DNA from: Octopus vulgaris
Lineage: Eukaryota
Assembly (NCBI GenBank): GCA_951406725.2
Contig: OX597814.1
Location: 172,732,001 to 172,796,000 of the forward strand
Direction of reading: 5' to 3'
Length of the DNA: 64,000 nt
The notes under the pieces were generated by a model, which was not told the origin of the DNA, made no database searches, and saw nothing but the letters and a program-made list of their open reading frames with translations. Positions within the stretch are counted from its first letter, which is position 1; every line of letters starts with the position of its first letter. Positions 1-14,502 of this stretch are shown here, one piece after another. A program made the translations under genes and the position numbers.

Positions 1-141
1 AATTTTTTTTTACGGCACTGATTCTTCTCAATTTTTATTCTGTTCTTTAATTTCATTTTTTTTTTACAAATATATTTTTCATTTATCACGTTTTATTTGT
101 TTATTAGTTTAGTATGGTTATGGTGTCTTATATTATGGATG

Positions 142-142
<1 letters not shown>

Positions 143-172
<30 letters not shown>

Positions 173-266
173 TGTATGTATGTATGTATGTATGTATGTA
201 TGTATGTATGTATGTATGTATGTATGTATGTATATATGTATGTATGTATGTATATATGTATGTATG

Positions 267-300
<34 letters not shown>

Positions 301-304
301 TGTA
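143..304. repeat. (TATG)n microsatellite
   Basis: Direct tandem TATG array; explains the MYVC/HTYI ORFs. Confidence 0.97.
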
Positions 305-849
305 TATCTGTGTCTGTGTGCGTGCGTGGAAATATGTATGTGTATACATAAAGTTCTTAAGTAAATCTTTTCAGTTAGATATCATATCATACTCATATTT
401 CAAAGCAAATCTACTTTAACTACTGTGTGAAGACGCTTGGAATGTCTTGAATTGTCTTGTTCTTTCTTTCTTTCTTTCTTTCTTTCATTCTTTTAGTTCT
501 CTTTTGTTGTCTTTTATTTTTTCGTTTCTTTTTATTTCTATGTTTTTGGCTTGGAGCAGAAATGCTAGTATTCATAGTACGAGAAGGCGTAGATGGAGAG
601 CACGAAGGAGAAGAAAATGGTGTGCATGGAAGAGGAGGAGAACAACGAGGCTGGATCGGAATGGTACGAGAAGTGAAAACAGAATGTAAACTAGAGTTGA
701 AAAAGAAGGTGGCGAAATGTAAGCACGGAAAAAATATCTGAAGATGAACAAATGAACCAGTAACGAAAGAAAATGAAAGTAGATTAGATGACAGCAGAGT
801 GACGTTTGAGCAAAAGGAAAAAAAGGATAACTTGAAAAAAATATTATAC

Positions 850-850
<1 letters not shown>

Positions 851-928
<78 letters not shown>
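851..928. repeat. (GATA)n microsatellite
   Basis: Direct tandem tagatagata array. Confidence 0.97.
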
Positions 929-929
<1 letters not shown>

Positions 930-2039
930 CAACAATTAAAATGCTCAAATCTTACACCCTTGTTACTTGGGTTTTACGTTACCGCATTTAGATACGACTA
1001 ATCAACGTTATACATTGCAAATTAATATTGTTATGCATTTGATCAAAACGTTGCTCATGAATATTTTGAACATTTAAAACATTTAATGATATTCTTGCCA
1101 TAAGGACTGATAAAAAAAAAGGTGATGAGATACATGAAAGCTATGAGACGAGGAATACATGAAAAACAGAAAGAAAGAGAGTAAGAGTGAAAGATACAGA
1201 GAGCCCGAGTCAACGAGTGAGGGAGAGGAAATACTGAAACACAAAATAAAAGAATGAATCATCAAAGAACTACAAACGCAACGGGACGAAAAACAGGAAT
1301 GAGGAAGATGGAAAAAGACAGGCAGAAGAGGAAGTAAGAAATAGACCATTCGTTAAATTTTTATAATAGGGAATAGAAATAGTTATGACAGTGTTATGGG
1401 AGAATGTACATTAGGAAGGAGTGTGGAAGTGAATGAAAAAGTGTAAGGTTTACGATTATGTGAGTGACTGAATGAAAAGTGAAAAAAGTGAAGAGGGGGA
1501 GGGCCTTCATGAATTTTTTTTTACAGAACGTAAAAAAATTATAAAATAAAACGACAAAAATAAAATGATAGTAACATAAAAAAGCTTAAGTGAAGAATCA
1601 GAAAAGGAAAAGGGAATGACGGTGGCATTCATATCTTCTGCAGCGAAGACAGCTGATTGTTGCTTTAATGAATAAATATAATAAAGCGCAAAGGTGTTTC
1701 AGATTCAATGATATCGAGGTTTTTTCCCCCGTTATGACAGAAAATGAAGTCCGTTTACTGATAGTCTACAGTCCACTGAGAATAACTTTGAACAACATTT
1801 AACCACAGGGATGATGCTGGTTCAGAAGGAAACTCTAAAGGACTCTCATTAACACTAACCTCAAAGGTTGTCATCTGTCTGTCCAGCCTCTTTGAGGAAT
1901 GTCCAATGATAAGGTAATGAAACTCTTGAAGGATGCTGTACACAGAAACTCTAACCCCGTGTATTAAAATATTTACTTTAAAGGGTTGAGTTCGGGGTAC
2001 TACAGAGAGAGTACGTAATCATACATGATGACACGCTAC

Positions 2040-2089
<50 letters not shown>

Positions 2090-2132
2090 GTGTGTGTATG
2101 TGTGTGTGTGTCATATATATATTTTTTTTTTC

Positions 2133-2788
<656 letters not shown>

Positions 2789-3314
2789 TGGGGAGGGAGA
2801 GAGACAAAAATGAAAGTCTAGAAATGATGGGAAGCAGGGGAAATTGTGTCTGACAATATAACGCCAAAGAATAAAAAGTAACCCAAAACATGGAATTCCC
2901 CTCCGTGTTGTATAGTGTGGTTTTTGTTTTTGTCTGGTCCGAGATTTAACCTGATAGAAATCTATGACCAAAAGAATTCTATCCGTGACAATTTTGTTTG
3001 ATTAGGAGCATCAAGGACTACATCGACTAATGTGTCTTCATTTAAGGTGCATTCACGGAAATTTGATTGTTAGTTCAAACAGGTCGAGCGACCACATAAA
3101 AGCCAATATACTGAAGCAGAGGTTACTTATCTGCGCGATTGAAATAGAAAGGACCATCTGTGTGGTAACTTAATATGCTAGAAATTACAACCAGGTCTCC
3201 TCTAAGCCTCATCTGCTTTCTCTCGAAACATATCACTACTTTATTTTCTCTCATTTTCTCTCTCTCACTCTAGCGGCATTTCGTCCGTCTACACGTTGTG
3301 GGTTCAAATTCTTA

Positions 3315-3544
3315 TTTCTTTATTGCCTACAAGGGGCTAAACGTAGAGGGGACATATAAGGACAGACAAAGGGATTAAGTCGATTACATCGACCCCAGTG
3401 CGTAACTGGTACTTGTTTAAGCAACCTTGAAAGGATGAAAGGCAAAGTCGACCTCGGCGGAATTTGAACTCAGAACGTAACGGCAGACGAAATACGGCTA
3501 CGCATTTCGGCCGGCGTGCTAACGTTTCTGCCAGCTCGCCGCCT
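3315..3544 (-). mobile_element. tRNA-derived SINE, family A, full length
   Basis: Reverse complement of the 40674-40900 copy: head GGCGGCGAGCTGGCAGAA..GAGTTCAAATTCC (pol III A/B-box-like), central GCCTTTCATCCTTTC.GG..GATAAA..AAGTACCAG block, tail ending AATAAAGAAA. Partial plus-strand copies flank it. Confidence 0.85.
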
Positions 3545-3998
3545 TTGTGGGTTCAAATTCTGCCGAGGCCAAATTTACCTTTTATCCCTTCGGGGTCGAT
3601 AAAATAAGTACCAGTTGAGCTCGGGAGTGGGGAGGGGGTAGCGGCGGATCGATGTAATAGACTTACACACTCCTCCGAAATTGCTGGCCTGGTGTCAATA
3701 TTTTCTCTATGTTTATCTTATTTTCTACTCCCTCTCACAAGCACACTGTCACACACACTTGCATATTCAGACGTACCCAGGCAAGCAACGACGCACAAAC
3801 AAAACAGAAGATTCTATCAGTATATCTTTCTTCATCTTTCATTTCGTACTATTCCGTACATTTCCGCCATTCATCAAAATATTCCTCTATTTCTCACTCC
3901 TCATTTTCTCTCGCTGTCACGCTCATTGTCTTCAGTTTTTGTCTATCTCTACATATACTTCAATTCTGACATTTCATCCAGTGGAATACTCCTGTCTT

Positions 3999-4000
<2 letters not shown>

Positions 4001-4059
<59 letters not shown>

Positions 4060-4279
4060 TTGCATTCCACCTCTCTTTATCCCCCCCTTTCTCTCTCTCT
4101 CTCTCTCTCTGTTTCTCTCTCTCTTATTCCAGATCTTCTCTGTTTCTCTGTTCACTTCCTTGCTTCTCATTCTCATATTTTCTTTCTAATACTCCATTTT
4201 CTCTTTCTGTCTCTCCTTCTCACCCTCACCCTCTCTCTGTTTCTGTCTGTCTATTTGTCTGCATCTCTCTCTCTCTCTT

Positions 4280-4368
<89 letters not shown>
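4001..4368. repeat. (CT)n-rich compound microsatellite
   Basis: Long ctctct tracts; the source of the SLSLSL and RERERE ORFs. Confidence 0.95.
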
Positions 4369-4610
4369 ATTTCTAGTTCCTCTTTGTCTCTACATACACA
4401 TTCTTTCCCGATTTCAAGCACTTCTTTATGCTTTTCTCTCTTCATTTCACTCTCTTTTTCGGGCACCCCACCACACACAAATACACATATACACGCACAC
4501 TTTATTTCTTTCTCTCTTTACACCCTCCTCTCCCTCTCTCCTTTTCTCTCTCTCTTTCTCTTTGTATATCTCTTCAATTTCTGTTTACCTCTAAATGTAT
4601 TTCCCGTTCC

Positions 4611-4643
<33 letters not shown>

Positions 4644-5619
4644 TTCTTATTCTTCTTCTCCTCCTCGTATTCTTTCTTCCTCTTCCCCGCCTCCTACTCA
4701 TCTTCTTCTCCGCCCCCTTCCTCTTCTCTCCCTGCTTCCTCTTTCCTTATTTACTTAATCTCTCCTCTTATCATCTTTCTCCCCAGCTATACATCTATCT
4801 CTAACGCTAGTTCTCCTCCCGCTTCTCCTCTCCTTCTTGCACCCCCCTCCACTCGCATCTCACTCACGTTTTATCTCCCCATAACCCCCCCACACACACA
4901 CACGCACACCACAACTACTCCCACTAAACCACCCGTCTAATCTCCCACCACTTACTCCCCCTCCCCGCACACACACACTCCTTGTACTACTTTCCTTCCA
5001 TAAACTCCTTCCTCAGAGTTCTCATCTGAAACTAGTTCGAATCCTTTAAAAGCCGTATCGATCTAATCTAGAGAGCAGTCAATACCTTTCTAGGAAACGA
5101 TTCTCAAACCGATCATGATCAAACACAATATATCTTGGATCAGGGTTTTTAGATTATTCCACTATGATACAAAGCTAATCTTATTGGCTCAACCTCTTTT
5201 CCATTCCACACTCCACACATCTCTCATACCATTTTTACTCTCTTCGCTCCATTCCGCTTATTTTTATTATTATTTATTTATTAAGTATTTATTATTGTTG
5301 CTTTTTCCCCCCTTTTTTGTTGTTGTTGAGTTTTTGCGGTTTTGTTGTTGTTGTTGTTGTTGTTGTTTCTGCTTATCTTTCTCTACTTTTACACTCTATT
5401 ATTCATACTCAGACGTACACACATGTGTGTGTTTGATGGTTATTGGGTATGTGCGTGTATTTGTGCATATACGTATATATTTGTGTGTATTTGTGTATAT
5501 ATATGTGTGTGTATGTGTGAGTGTGAGCGTATTTATTTATGTATGTATGTATGTACTATATACATAAATAGATGCATAGATATAGATATAGATATGGATA
5601 TCTCTCTCGATATATGTAT

Positions 5620-5653
5620 GTATATGTATATATATATATAAATATATATGTGA

Positions 5654-5752
<99 letters not shown>

Positions 5753-5778
5753 TATACATATATATGTATGTATATATA

Positions 5779-5809
<31 letters not shown>

Positions 5810-6005
5810 ATATATACATACATATATATACATATATATATACATACATATATATATGTATATATATATATATATATACTCACACACATATAAAGAGATG
5901 AATAGATACATACGTACATACATTCATACATACATGCATACGTACATACATACATACATACATACATACATACATACATACATACATACATACATACATA
6001 CATAC
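5620..6005. repeat. (TA)n / (TACA)n compound microsatellite
   Basis: Direct tandem arrays. Confidence 0.95.
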
Positions 6006-6725
6006 GTACATGAATATCTCCTTTACGTTTTTACGTTTCGTACTAATATTCTACTTTTGTTTGGCAAATGCTTTGGCTTTCTATCTCTTTATCTCACTTT
6101 CTTTGAGAGTAAACAAACGCATGCATATACATACACACACATACATGTGTGTGCGTGTGTGTGTGTGTGTGTATGTGTGTGTTTGTGTGCGTGTGTAGCG
6201 AGTTGGTGAGTGTATACTTGTATATGCTTTTTGTGTCGATATATATATATATATGTGCATGTGTGTATGTGCTTATATTTAAGCATCTATATACAACTGC
6301 ACGCTGAAGTACCTAGCTAACGAAACCCCGAGGAAGCATTGCTATAAATAACAGCTACATGTGCTTCAAGCCACACTATTTTCGTCTTAAAAAAGGGACA
6401 CTGTTCGAAATAGATCTTGATTCCTTGCCCATAGGAAAGAATCCAGACAGTTATGGTTGTAACGATTTGAACATAATCTACTTGACTAGAAATGAGTTGT
6501 TTGGGCTAAACAATTACAACACCGAATTAATTTTGTATGTGTGGATGTATATATGTATGTGTGTGTGTGTGTGTGTGTGTTCATATTTTTACACAAACTA
6601 TCTTGAAATCAATTTTAAGGTGTCGGTGTCGCCTACTCCATACCTGTCTCTGAAATTGTCCTCCTAGGTCTGTTTGTTCATGTATGCCCATGAGTGCAAC
6701 ACGCTTGAATTCTATTAGGAATGAA

Positions 6726-6764
<39 letters not shown>

Positions 6765-6967
6765 TTTCCATTACCAATGGCCTAACGTGTAAAAAAATTT
6801 AGTTAATAGACTATATATTATTCCTATAAATACAGTGTACATTTAAACAGATAAGAGGCATCCATCATAGGACTCTTTGCATGCTAGAGAGAACAGTTAA
6901 ATTCCAAGCCACTATTAGGGATAACATTTCGAAGGGAATGAAAAATAAAAACATTCACCATCTGACT

Positions 6968-7039
6968 CCTGGACCAATGGTTTCAGACTTTATTTTTAGC
7001 AAATGTAATAATTTGCTAGGCGAAATCTTCTTCAGCAGG
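6968..7039 (-). ncRNA. Minimal type-I hammerhead ribozyme motif in a PLE-type tail
   Basis: Minus strand reads CCTG-CTGAAGA-agattt..tagcaaat/atttgcta..aagtct-GAAAC-cattg-GTC-CAGG: stem I CCTG/CAGG, canonical core, GUC cleavage triplet. Confidence 0.75.
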
Positions 7040-7403
7040 TACACCTTAGATTAAATATATATACACGAGGAAATCCAGTTTATGCCCCGTGCTTATACAT
7101 TCTAATTTTTTCAAATCTACCGCGCAAGTGCAGCTCTTTTTGGGCGGTAAATAAAAATGTTTAAATTTACACTGTATATATATGAATAATATATAGTCTA
7201 TTGACTAAATCTTTTACACGCTAGGCCACTGGTAATGGAAATTTCTAATATTTCAGATTACTCTTTGATAGTATCATTGAAGGGATATAATAAATATCCT
7301 GGAAACAGCAGTAAGACCTTCTATCTATAAATGTCCTAAAATCTAGACAGCCTTGGTTTATTATCTCATTACGGAAAAAATTTATATATATATATAAAAT
7401 TTA

Positions 7404-7434
<31 letters not shown>

Positions 7435-7848
7435 TGTTTGTTTGTTTTCCACCTGCCTTCGTCTTTTGTCTATCTTCATAAAGCTTCCCGTTATATATAT
7501 ATATATATATATATAGGACCATGTTAATCTTCTGATGAAGACGGTTCTGCAATATATTGCTGAACAGGTGCACGGTGTACCACACATCAAATATGGAAGT
7601 GATCGCAGAACACCATGAGTTGAATTATTTTGCTCAAGAAGACAACGCGCTACTCAATCCAGGAACTGAAACCTCGAGCACTTGATCGTGAGTGCAACAC
7701 ATTGTCCACCGAGTGATGCGTTCTCCTATGCATACATACAAATGTATGTGTGTGAGAAAGAGCGCGTGAGAGAAGAAGTTCAGTAAAATGAAAGAAAGAT
7801 GAGGTCTTGATGTCCGAGTTAACGAACGTGAAACAGAATGAAAGTAAA

Positions 7849-8243
7849 TCTTTATATATAAAAGTCAAGTTGTGTGTCTGTCTCCTACGATTTAGATTCC
7901 TAACTACTCCCACATTTTGCGGTGCAGTTTAACCAAAACCGGGTATCTTATAGTCGTGATTCATATCGAGCCCTTCTGGGTATTAGCGCGCGTCTACGAT
8001 GAGTCTACGATTTTAAAAATAATTTACCATAATTTTTTTCCATTTTAATGCATTTTTCGCTATTATATAAGGGAAGTAACTCTCTAAAAATGTCTGCGAT
8101 GAGTCAACGATTAAAAAAAAATTTACCATCATTTTTTTTCCATTTTTAATGCATTTTTTGCTATTTTTTGGCTATAACTCTCTAAAAATGCTTATATAGT
8201 TATTTCCCTTACAAACCCGAGCAACTCCGGGCGATACTGCTAG
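7849..8243 (+). mobile_element. Non-autonomous Helitron
   Basis: Starts TC after an A, ends CTAG before a T; subterminal hairpin cccgagcaactccggg; ends nearly identical to the 20927-21439 copy. Confidence 0.85.
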
Positions 8244-8462
8244 TAATAAATAAAATAAAAGCATGTGAGTAAGTTGGTAAACGATGTTAAGCTTGAGCTC
8301 TTAAAAATGGACGCGATAATGCTATCAAATAACACCAGTGAGTGATGCAATCTATATGGAACAGGTAGTCGTATAAAGAATAGTACAATACAACCCCAAC
8401 ACTAAAATATATGCTAATTATATATAACTCTTTCACTATTTTCTTATACTTTTATAAACATG

Positions 8463-9012
8463 TATAGTAATGTCTCGATATACGAGTTAATTTGTTCCTG
8501 GAGACCGCTCGTAAAGCAAAAATTCTTAAAGCAGAGCAATAATTTCCCATAGAAGCAATATTATATATCGTAATTCGTTGCCAGAGAATATCTTACCTAT
8601 AGGATTTATTATACTCGTATAATAAATGACAATAAAACAACAGTAGAATGTCAGAAATATTTTATATAAAGTAAAAAGAATATCAAGATGATTCATTATA
8701 TTATTATTATTATAATCCTTTCCTGAATCACTTTCACTCGCTCTAGACTCGCTTACAGCCTCTCTTGTAGACGCGATCGCCGTTCCACAAGCACTCGTAG
8801 ACGGACTTGAAGATTTATTTTTAAGAAACAAGTCTAGAGTTGTTTGCTTAGAAGAAGCTTTTATTCGCTCTCTATAATTTTTTTGGTAACATTTGCTATG
8901 GTAGCAGAAACTTTTGCACTTCGTTCAAAATTTGGATCTTCTGCTTGTAAAATAAAACTCGTAGACGCGAAGTCTCATAAAACGGATCATCGTAAAATGC
9001 TGTATTACTGTA
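8463..9012. mobile_element. Possible degenerate Tigger/pogo-like MITE
   Basis: Imperfect inverted termini TATAGTAATG / TATTACTGTA; repeated ctcgta motifs and 'acgagttaatttgttcc' resemble Tigger-type subterminal sequence. Confidence 0.45.
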
Positions 9013-9382
9013 TATTGCAAACTGTGACCTTTTATTAGATATTACATCTTAATTTATTTAAATTCTTAAAACTATCATTAAGCAATTTACTGTACGTGTA
9101 ATGATGTTATACATGAAGACTGCCATATTTGACGGTAGAATGTGCTCATATACAGTTTGAACCATAATTACTGATGAGTGACAAGTGCTATTGCATTCAG
9201 CCATTTTACTTCAAATCAAAGGCTATATTATTTTTACTGTCATATAAACTCCAAAGGCTTTAGGTAAGAATTTTATCCAATTCATGAGTACTTTGTTGTG
9301 AACGAAATAGTTATTTCCCTATATTTAATAAACTATCCTCACTTTTGGCAACGCATGTATGCTAGCATGCACACTGAAGGGT

Positions 9383-9432
<50 letters not shown>

Positions 9433-11173
9433 CACATATACACTCTACTATTCGTTTCAATGTTGTATGCCTCATTGTTTCTAGGGTTGTGAATTGATAT
9501 ATACAGTTGTGTTTGTTATGTTTTGTTATCCTTAGTATTTTTATGTATAATTTCTTAGCACGCTTAATTCCATCGTCTATAAGTGAGGGTGAATATTGTC
9601 ATTCAGTTAGTATTGTTCTGAGGTCTTGAAGACTAAGGTCCCGAGTAGTTCTATCAGATACTATTGTGCAAATCCTTTTTGCCAGATGAAAGGGGATATT
9701 TATTTTGATGTGTTTCGGGAGGCTTGAGCTAAAAAGGAGATATTGCCAGCCCCAAGGAAAACCTAAGCTAAGAGCATCAAATTCCTTGGAAGAAAGCAGC
9801 GAATGTACACGAAAACAAAGACAGAAAATACAAATAATACGAATAACAGGACATAACAACAGGTGTCTTTCGACTAAGGCGAATTAAATTTAGCTGGCGT
9901 GTGTGGAAGTAAAGACTTACAGAAGGGATACAAGATTTCACAGGCACAGGGAGGAATATAGATGTTACAAGGACGGCGGCCGAACCAAGAAAGAAAGGTC
10001 AGGCTTGGCCGAACACTGGTCACGTTGGGAGAGAAGAGAGAGAAGTAGAGGCAGAGGGACAGAAGAAATTAGGAGGGGATAGAAAAAATGAGAGGGACAC
10101 AGTGAAGTGAAAAGACGACGGTAAGTGAGCATGAAGAGAAGGTCCCTCTGCTTCTACCACGCCTCTTCTCTCCCCATGTGACCGGTGTTCGGCCAAGCCT
10201 GAACTTTCTTTGTTGGTTCGGACGCCGTCCGTGTAACATCGATATTCCTCCCTGGTCGGCTCATAGCTATAATTGCCGACACTCGCCTAAGATGCCACGC
10301 AGTGGGACTGAACCCGGAACAATGTGGTTGGAAAGCAAGCTTCTTATCATACAGCCATGCCCGCACCTATATATATATGCGTGACTGTGTGTGTGTGTGT
10401 GTGTGTAGTGAGGATAAGAGAACACCAGCTCAATTACTCAATTATGAATGTTATTGTTAATGAATTAACAAATACAAAGAAAAACTCCGAACATGTTACG
10501 CTGTTTTTAGATTTCGTAAGCAAAAATGACTTCTCCGTACAAGTTCGCCTACTGATGATAGAATCCTTAAGTAAATGTACAATACTGTGCATCTCTTTAA
10601 TGATTAGGTGTGAAAAGTTAGCACCCTTCTTGGAATAATGTTATCATGCATGTATGTACGTATGTAGTAACGCGTTTCTATATTCATACACTGAACCTCG
10701 TATACACAAGATCACACTGAAACACATACGAATATAATAGAACTAGACATAAGCACTTTATATGTAGAGACACATCAATACGTAAACGTAACCACACATA
10801 GAAACAATAACACATGATTATAAATAAGTCGTCGCCAAATGCAGAAACACATGGACTGATTTGAGGAGCTATTTATTTTATCCTTTTAATTTTGTACGCA
10901 GCATAAAAAACATTGTTTATGATGAAGTGTTTCCTGAATAATCTACAAATCTATTTGAAATGAAAGATGCACATAATTAATGACATTATTATTTTTTAGT
11001 AGTCAAAAGCTTTTAAACATTTATATGTCATTTATTTTCAGCTATTTTTTCATAATAAATTTCGTTTGACTAGCCGGAAAATTTTAATCATCTTTTTAAA
11101 ATCACAGTATTATTGGTACAGAAACACGAGTATAAATTAATAATTTATTATCATTATTATTATAATTATTATT

Positions 11174-11219
<46 letters not shown>

Positions 11220-11329
11220 TTGCTATTATTAATTTATTCCTGCGCACATTTAACCACTGCAGGTGTTTGGAACTCAGCAGTGACTGGGTTCCAAACAGCT
11301 GCAATAGTGAAACGTACGTAGGAAAGACG

Positions 11330-11535
11330 CATTGTTCCAGTCCACTCAGCTGGCAAAAATGAGTAGTACCTGTATTTAAAAGGGGGCAACGTTGTCACAC
11401 TCTGTGTCACGCTGAATCACCCTAAGGGTACGCGTGTCTGTGAAGTTCTCAGCCACTTGCACGTTAATTTCACGAACAAGATGTTCCATTGATCGTATCA
11501 GCTGGGACCCTCGTCCTCGTAACCGACGGAGTGCT
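11330..11535 (+). mobile_element. SINE family D body (Deu/Nin-domain-like)
   Basis: gtccactcagctgg...tgtgtcacgctgaatc...tcagccacttgcacgttaatttcacg; related minus copy at ~44730-44885. Probable tRNA-like heads at ~7590-7725 and ~44270-44400. Superfamily label is from memory. Confidence 0.6.
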
Positions 11536-11989
11536 CTTATATATATATATATATGCACGTATATGTAGGTATATGTAAATATATATGTGTGTGTGATAGT
11601 TGTCCCAGTCTCTGTCTCAGTGTGTGCGCGTGCACGTACAAGTATACACATATACAAGTATACATATAGATAAATAATTCACCTTTAGGCACAACTGAAA
11701 AATTTTCATTTAATTCTTCACCGACCTCCAAGCGAAAAAGTTAGTAATTGCTAAACAAGGTAAGCCACAAGTGAAAGTGAAAGAGTGATGAACTACTCAT
11801 AAAGACCGCCAAATTTTAGTGGGCTTATTTCTATCTGTGTCCTTGTTTTATATTTTCTTTCGAAGTATCCGGTTCTGAGGAATATTATCCCTATGGATAT
11901 TTTTAAGCATAAGTCATCATACTTATAAATCCCAAATGCCGCTGTGACGCGCAGTTTGTTTGCAGTCAACAGACTCGCACACGGCTTTG

Positions 11990-12150
11990 GCTCGTGGCTG
12001 TGTAGTAAGAAGCTTACTTCCCAACCACATAACTCCAGGTTCGGTTCCACTGTGTCGCACCTTCGGCAAGTGTCTTCTACTATCATCTCGGACCGGCCAA
12101 AGCCTTGTGGATGGATTTGGTAGACGAATATTGGAAGAGGCCCGTCGTAT
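11990..12150 (+). mobile_element. SINE family B head (tRNA-derived, CORE-like)
   Basis: gtggctgtgtagtaag..ggttcggttccactg..caccttcggcaagtgtcttctacta..gaggcccgtcgtata. Same head at 10255-10366(-), 13477-13570(+), 16490-16615(-), 36776-36928(+), 48168-48323(+). Confidence 0.8.
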
Positions 12151-12755
12151 ATACTCTTTTACTCTCTTTTACTTGTTTCAGTCATTTGACTGTGGCCATG
12201 CTGGAGCACCGCCTTTAGTCGAGCAAATCGACCCCGGGACTTATTCTTTGTAGGCCCAGTACTTATTCTATCGGTCTCTTTTACGAACCGCTAAGATTTT
12301 TTTCCTTCAGGACTATCCTAAGGACTGGACATATTCTATCTCTCTCTTCTATCTTTTCACTTTTCAAGGAAAATATTTCTCCATCTTTCGCTATTTTACC
12401 CTCGTTCTGGTCTAATGACACTCCATGTTTGTTTTCGTTCGGTTTCCTTGTATGTCTCCACTGTCCTGTTTTTGTTCCCAACATCGACCCTCCATAAATC
12501 CAGAATTTTATTTTGGTAGTTAAAGGAGTTACTCTCTTCGAAGACTCATATTGTCGTTCAATGCTCGGAATGAGGAGTAGATAAACAACCATCAACTGAT
12601 GAAAAGTCGTTCTTTGTTTTTCTTGCTCTGTTTTCCATTTGTTTCTCTCGTTTGTTTGCGTATTGAACTCATTTGTTTTCGTATTTCATGTATTTCATGA
12701 TGTTAACTGTTGGTTACGTCCTGTACTCATATATGCATATATATATATCTATCTA

Positions 12756-12847
<92 letters not shown>

Positions 12848-12859
12848 AAGCTAGCTAGC

Positions 12860-12898
<39 letters not shown>

Positions 12899-13589
12899 TA
12901 TATTATTTATATTATATATATGTGTATGTGTTTCGGTGGGTGTCTTCGTGTCTGTGCCTGTCCCCCAATCACCACTTTACAACTGGTGTCGGTGTGCTTA
13001 CGTTCCAGTAACTTAGTGGTTAGGCAAAAGAGACCGATAGAAAAAGTATGAGGCTTAACAAAATTAAGTACTGCGGTCGATTTGTCCGACTAAAATATCT
13101 TCAAGGCGTCGTTTCAGCATGACCGCAGTCTAATGTTTGAAACAATTAAAAGGTAAAGGTAAAAACAACCACTTACTTTCTAAGACCATATTGAGCATGT
13201 ACCGACATATAAAATAATGCACGCAGAGCTCTAAAAGTGAAAGTCCGTACATAATTCCTTTCTATATTAGCATGGCACAGGTTAAGTACTCTCGAAGAGT
13301 ACCTTTTAATTTTTTTAATCTCCCTAATTTTACCGAGACATATCTACCACCAAGTACGAAACCAAAATCAGGATAAGGAGTGGACCCACATTTTTTTAAT
13401 TAGAAATGCAAATCACTGAGAATAATTGTCCAGAGATACTGTCCGTATGAAAAGCAATTGTCCAATTGCCCAATTGGCGCAAATGTGACTGTGTGGTAAG
13501 AAGCTTCCTTCCTAACCACACAGTTTCGACTTCAGTCCCACTGCGTAGCACCTTGGATAAGTGTTTTCTACTTTGATAAGTGTCTTGGG

Positions 13590-14502
13590 CCATTTTGATA
13601 CGGAGTCCGAATCGCTCTGCGCGGGGGCATCCCACTGAACTTAGCATCGATAATCGATCGGTAAGGCATATTTTGCATGGAGACCTGCATTTCCACCCGT
13701 AAAAATTTGTCATTGGGTCAGAGTTGAAACCATGGGACTATGCACAACGGCTTAACTTCACACGTCAGATGGAAGCAACTTTTGAGGCAAAAGACAACCT
13801 CATTTTGTTAATGAGTGATAAAGCCCATTTTTATCCCAATGGTATGGTGAATCAACAGAACTGTCGCTATTGGGCTCTTGAACATCCTAGAGAACTGTAC
13901 GAAAGACGGCTGCACAACCCAAAAAGTGAAGGTCTGTTGTGCATTTCGAAAAGCTGCCGTCATTGGTCCTTACTGTTTTGAACACAATGATGGAAATGCT
14001 GTTAATGTGAACTCCGAGCGTTACATCGAGATGATAAACAACTTCATTGTGCATGAATTGCAATGAAAACGTATACCTATTCAAAGTGTGTGGTTTCAAC
14101 AGGATATGCGGCGGTCCACATAGTCAGAATATCAATGGACCTTCTTTGCCCTCTCCTTGGTGACCGTCTCATTTCCAGGTTTGCTGACATTTCTTGGCCC
14201 CCCTCGGTCCCCTGATTTGTCCAATGTATGATTATTTCTTGTAGGGAAACCTGAAGGCACTTGTGTATGCGCATAAGCCCCGTACTTTGGACAACTTGAA
14301 GGAAGCTATTCGTGTGGAAGTCGCCCAAATTGACAGAAGCGCATGAATGAAAACAGACACCACGTGATGGATGTTGTTTTCCGCGCTTGATTTTGATAAA
14401 TGCTAATTCAATACGAACACATTGAGGTCAATAAAATTTGTTTGCAGCTAAAATTAATGATTTTGTGAATGTTTCAAAAACGCCCTTCCTCTCTGTCCCA
14501 CC
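13590..14502 (+). mobile_element. Degenerate Tc1/mariner transposase, central and 3' part with right TIR
   Basis: Frameshifted segments SPNRSAR, LMSDKAHFYPNGMVNQQNCRYW, VIGPYCFEHNDGNAVNVNSERYIEMINNF, VWFQQD and WPPS; TIR-like ttcaaaaacgcccttcctctctgtcccacc at ~14473-14502. Confidence 0.85.
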
